Below, piece by piece: positions 61,992-64,000 of a stretch of 64,000 nucleotides of DNA; position 1 is the stretch's first letter, and each line of letters begins with the position of its first letter. Source of the DNA: Pseudomonadota bacterium (lineage in GTDB: Bacteria; Pseudomonadota; Alphaproteobacteria; Paracaedibacterales; CAIOTO01); contig JAZKDQ010000015.1 in the NCBI GenBank assembly GCA_040387495.1, forward strand, positions 1,238 to 65,237, read 5' to 3'. The position numbers and the translations under genes were made by a program. The notes below the pieces were generated by a model. That model searched no databases and was not told the origin of the DNA. It worked only from the letters and a program-made list of their open reading frames with translations.

Positions 61992-62699
61992 ATGCAAAAG
62001 ATTTTAATATTTTTATCTTTTTTCTTTATTGTGACTGGATCTTTAGATGCCGCACCTGGACTTAAAATGCCAAAAGCAAAAATGCCTGGTGTAGTAGGAA
62101 AATTAATAACTGCTATTTCCAAAATGCCTAAAGAGCTTGAAAAACTTATGAAAACAACAATAAAAATTTCAAGAATCATTATGGATTGTCGGAATTCTAT
62201 GTTAAGGCCCGGTCCAGACCTTAAAATGTATTTTGATGAGATGCGAAAAAAAACATTTGTATTAGAACGAGAGCTTATGGTCATGCAAATGTCTATTGAA
62301 AAATTTCGTATAAATATAGTTTATCTAAGCTTGGAAAATGCTGGAAAAATGTGTAATACAATGCCAATAACAGCTGCCATGGCTATGCCTTATGTTGGAA
62401 CAGCTGTCGCGGGGATGTGCGGTAGAGTTGGGTTTGTAGAGGCTAAAGTGCTGGCTTTGCTTGCTAATGCTGAGCTAAAAGTATCAGAAGGTATGACAAT
62501 ACTTCAAAATATGAATGATAAAATAATGGCTATGGAACAAGCGGGCGGAATGAGCGGTATGGCGCAAGCAGGAATGAATGTGGAAATAGCACAAGCAGGA
62601 ATGAATGCAGGTATGGCGCAAGGGGCTGCTATGCAACCCAACATACCGATGACCCCAGACGTTGGCGTGATGCCACCAGGCGGGTGGCATGCAGGATGA
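61992..62699 (+). CDS. Hypothetical secreted, very methionine-rich protein
   Basis: 235 aa. It has a signal peptide (MQKILIFLSFFFIVTGSLDAAPG). Met is very frequent throughout, roughly one residue in seven by eye. The C-terminal repeats read GMSGMAQAGMNVEIAQAGMNAGMAQGAAM. No family recognised. Confidence 0.5.
   Translation: MQKILIFLSFFFIVTGSLDAAPGLKMPKAKMPGVVGKLITAISKMPKELEKLMKTTIKISRIIMDCRNSMLRPGPDLKMYFDEMRKKTFVLERELMVMQMSIEKFRINIVYLSLENAGKMCNTMPITAAMAMPYVGTAVAGMCGRVGFVEAKVLALLANAELKVSEGMTILQNMNDKIMAMEQAGGMSGMAQAGMNVEIAQAGMNAGMAQGAAMQPNIPMTPDVGVMPPGGWHAG
62556..62628 (+). repeat. About 2.7 copies of a 27-bp (9-codon) tandem repeat inside the Met-rich gene
   Basis: GCGCAAGCAGGAATGAATG at 62562-62580 is repeated as GCACAAGCAGGAATGAATG at 62589-62607. 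GGTATGGCGCAAG at 62556 recurs at 62610, which is a 54-nt offset. Confidence 0.6.
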
Positions 62700-62728
62700 T
62701 GCTATGGGCGGTTAAGGGGCTTTGTACT

Positions 62729-63397
62729 TTAGTGCACTGAACGGGAAAGCTCATTATTATAAGCAGTTTCGACGATTGCATGTTCAAGTAATGCTTGCAC
62801 AAGTCTTGATTGTTCTTGTAGGGATGGTACTTCTAAAATAGCCTGTTTTTCATTAGGTTGAAAGGGACAAACCATTGCAAGAGCTGTAATAAGTTTTTCA
62901 TTTGATATGCGCTGGATTTCATCCCAATTTGGTGAAAGATCAATCATTTGAAAATATGGCTTTAATGCTTGAAATAAACGGGGCCTATCAAGTATGAAAT
63001 CGATTTCATCAACGACATCCATACTATATCGTTGGTAATCAACGCGTGCAGTACGATATAGCTGATCATTTTTCACTTCTTTTATTAAGTCAAAGCGACA
63101 TTCTCCCATTAAAGTAACAATATATTTTTCATCTTGCGTTTCAACTATGTCGACAATACGTCCTGCACATCCGGTTCGAAAGAGATATTGCGACGCGTCA
63201 ACATCTGAAGGCATATTGCTTAATATAGGTTGCACAACCCCTATATAGGTATGTTCAAGTGGCACATTATCAACTATGGCTATGAATTCATTCTCTAACA
63301 ACGGGATAGGCATAGACGTACGTGGCATTAGAACAGCACCATGCAACGGGAGCAAAGGTAGAAGTGTCGGTAAATTGTCAATCGATAAAATATTCAT
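62729..63397 (-). CDS. LON substrate-binding (N-terminal) domain protein
   Basis: 222 aa. LPLLPLHGAVLMPRTSMPIPLLE, then the GCAGRIV...G..RF pattern of stand-alone Lon N-domain proteins. Confidence 0.8.
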   Translation of the reverse strand: MNILSIDNLPTLLPLLPLHGAVLMPRTSMPIPLLENEFIAIVDNVPLEHTYIGVVQPILSNMPSDVDASQYLFRTGCAGRIVDIVETQDEKYIVTLMGECRFDLIKEVKNDQLYRTARVDYQRYSMDVVDEIDFILDRPRLFQALKPYFQMIDLSPNWDEIQRISNEKLITALAMVCPFQPNEKQAILEVPSLQEQSRLVQALLEHAIVETAYNNELSRSVH

Positions 63398-63702
63398 AAA
63401 CTCTCTTTGTGTTATTTTAAAACAAATATATTACGATACAGTTCTCATTCATACAAACTCTTTTTATTTACAAGCATGCAAAAATTTATCAAACATCTCA
63501 AGAATAGATTGTCCATAGATCAAAATGTTTGTTATTTATTTTAAAAATATTTTATATCAATTGATATCTTAATGTCAAAGTGAACCTTATTTATTTTTTC
63601 TTCTAGTTTTTGAATCTTGATTTATAAAATAAACATTGTTTTGAGTTGAATAAAGGTTTGATTTGAGTTACGATTATAATAACTTTTTTTATAGTAGATA
63701 TT

Positions 63703-64000
63703 ATGTTTAGAACGCCTCAATTTTGGAATAAACGACAATGGATAAGTTATCTACTTATTCCCATTTCTTGGATTTGGACGCGTATTTCGCAATGGAATGA
63801 GGGACACATCACGCCAGAAAGTGTCTCGGTGCCAGTCATTTGTGTTGGTAACCTAGTTATGGGTGGCGCTGGAAAAACACCGACAGTAATTGCTCTGGTA
63901 GACCTTTTGAAAAAAATGGGGCATGTGCCCCATATTTTAAGTCGTGGTTATGGTGCGTACATTCGCGATACCATTCAAGTGAATCCAAATAAACATAATT
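63703..64000 (+). CDS. lpxK: Tetraacyldisaccharide 4'-kinase (5' part; runs off the right edge)
   Basis: Not in the ORF track. My translation from the ATG at 63703 is MFRTPQFWNKRQWISYLLIPISWIWTRISQWNEGHITPESVSVPVICVGNLVMGGAGKTPTVIALVDLLKKMGHVPHILSRGYGA, which carries the LpxK N-terminal and P-loop pattern. Confidence 0.85.
   Translation, partial: MFRTPQFWNKRQWISYLLIPISWIWTRISQWNEGHITPESVSVPVICVGNLVMGGAGKTPTVIALVDLLKKMGHVPHILSRGYGAYIRDTIQVNPNKHN

Noticed and set aside
61832-62284. A 150-aa minus-strand ORF lies upstream of and overlaps the lpdA start.
   Set aside because: Its sequence is not protein-like. It overlaps lpdA and the +-strand ORF, and the +-strand ORF has a signal peptide and an in-frame codon-periodic repeat. 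I chose the + strand, but this remains checkable.
63554-63567. A perfect 14-bp palindrome, ATATCAATTGATAT, lies in the spacer upstream of lpxK.
   Set aside because: It is composed entirely of A and T in an AT-rich spacer, with no second copy or associated regulator visible. There is not enough to call it a site.

Overview
This window looks like an ordinary, densely packed chromosomal segment of a visibly AT-rich alphaproteobacterium (GC was not computed). The lineage assignment rests on a set of families typical of that class. These are a CckA-type hybrid kinase, an ELM1-like protein, an NDUFS4-like protein, a TIGR02300 'FYDLN_acid' zinc ribbon, a Usg-family protein, a one-Cys DksA, a two-domain MaeB and stand-alone CtaG/Cox11.

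I can support about 58 protein-coding genes (two of them partial at the window edges), one tRNA-Pro(UGG), one nonsense-interrupted gene and one gene-fragment pseudogene. Most are housekeeping genes: plsY, cmk, rpe, uvrA, tkt-gap, xseA, rplM-rpsI, dksA, ruvX, erpA, dnaN-recF-gyrB, hisS, ftsEX, mfd, maeB, parC, rpoH, rhlE, lpdA and lpxK.

I found no CRISPR array, integrase, transposase, phage genes or recognisable defence or toxin-antitoxin module. I cannot honestly point to a large novel system here. The observations most worth a second look are:
- A diverged 102-nt duplication of the gap 3' end brackets a 656-bp insert and looks like a recombination or integration scar.
- An otherwise intact hppD reading frame is interrupted by a single in-frame TGA.
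- A cluster of AGGATAT repeats lies upstream of an alaX-like gene that is translationally coupled to a receiver-less winged-helix regulator.
- An orphan arnC plus formyltransferase-only arnA pair has no other arn genes nearby.
- An unannotated 37-codon membrane ORF lies upstream of ctaG, and ctaG overlaps a TonB-C-domain gene.
- Isolated GC-rich palindromic elements sit in AT-rich spacers.
- A very Met-rich secreted protein carries a 27-bp tandem repeat.

All homology calls come from reading the translations and recalling family motifs. No searches were run.
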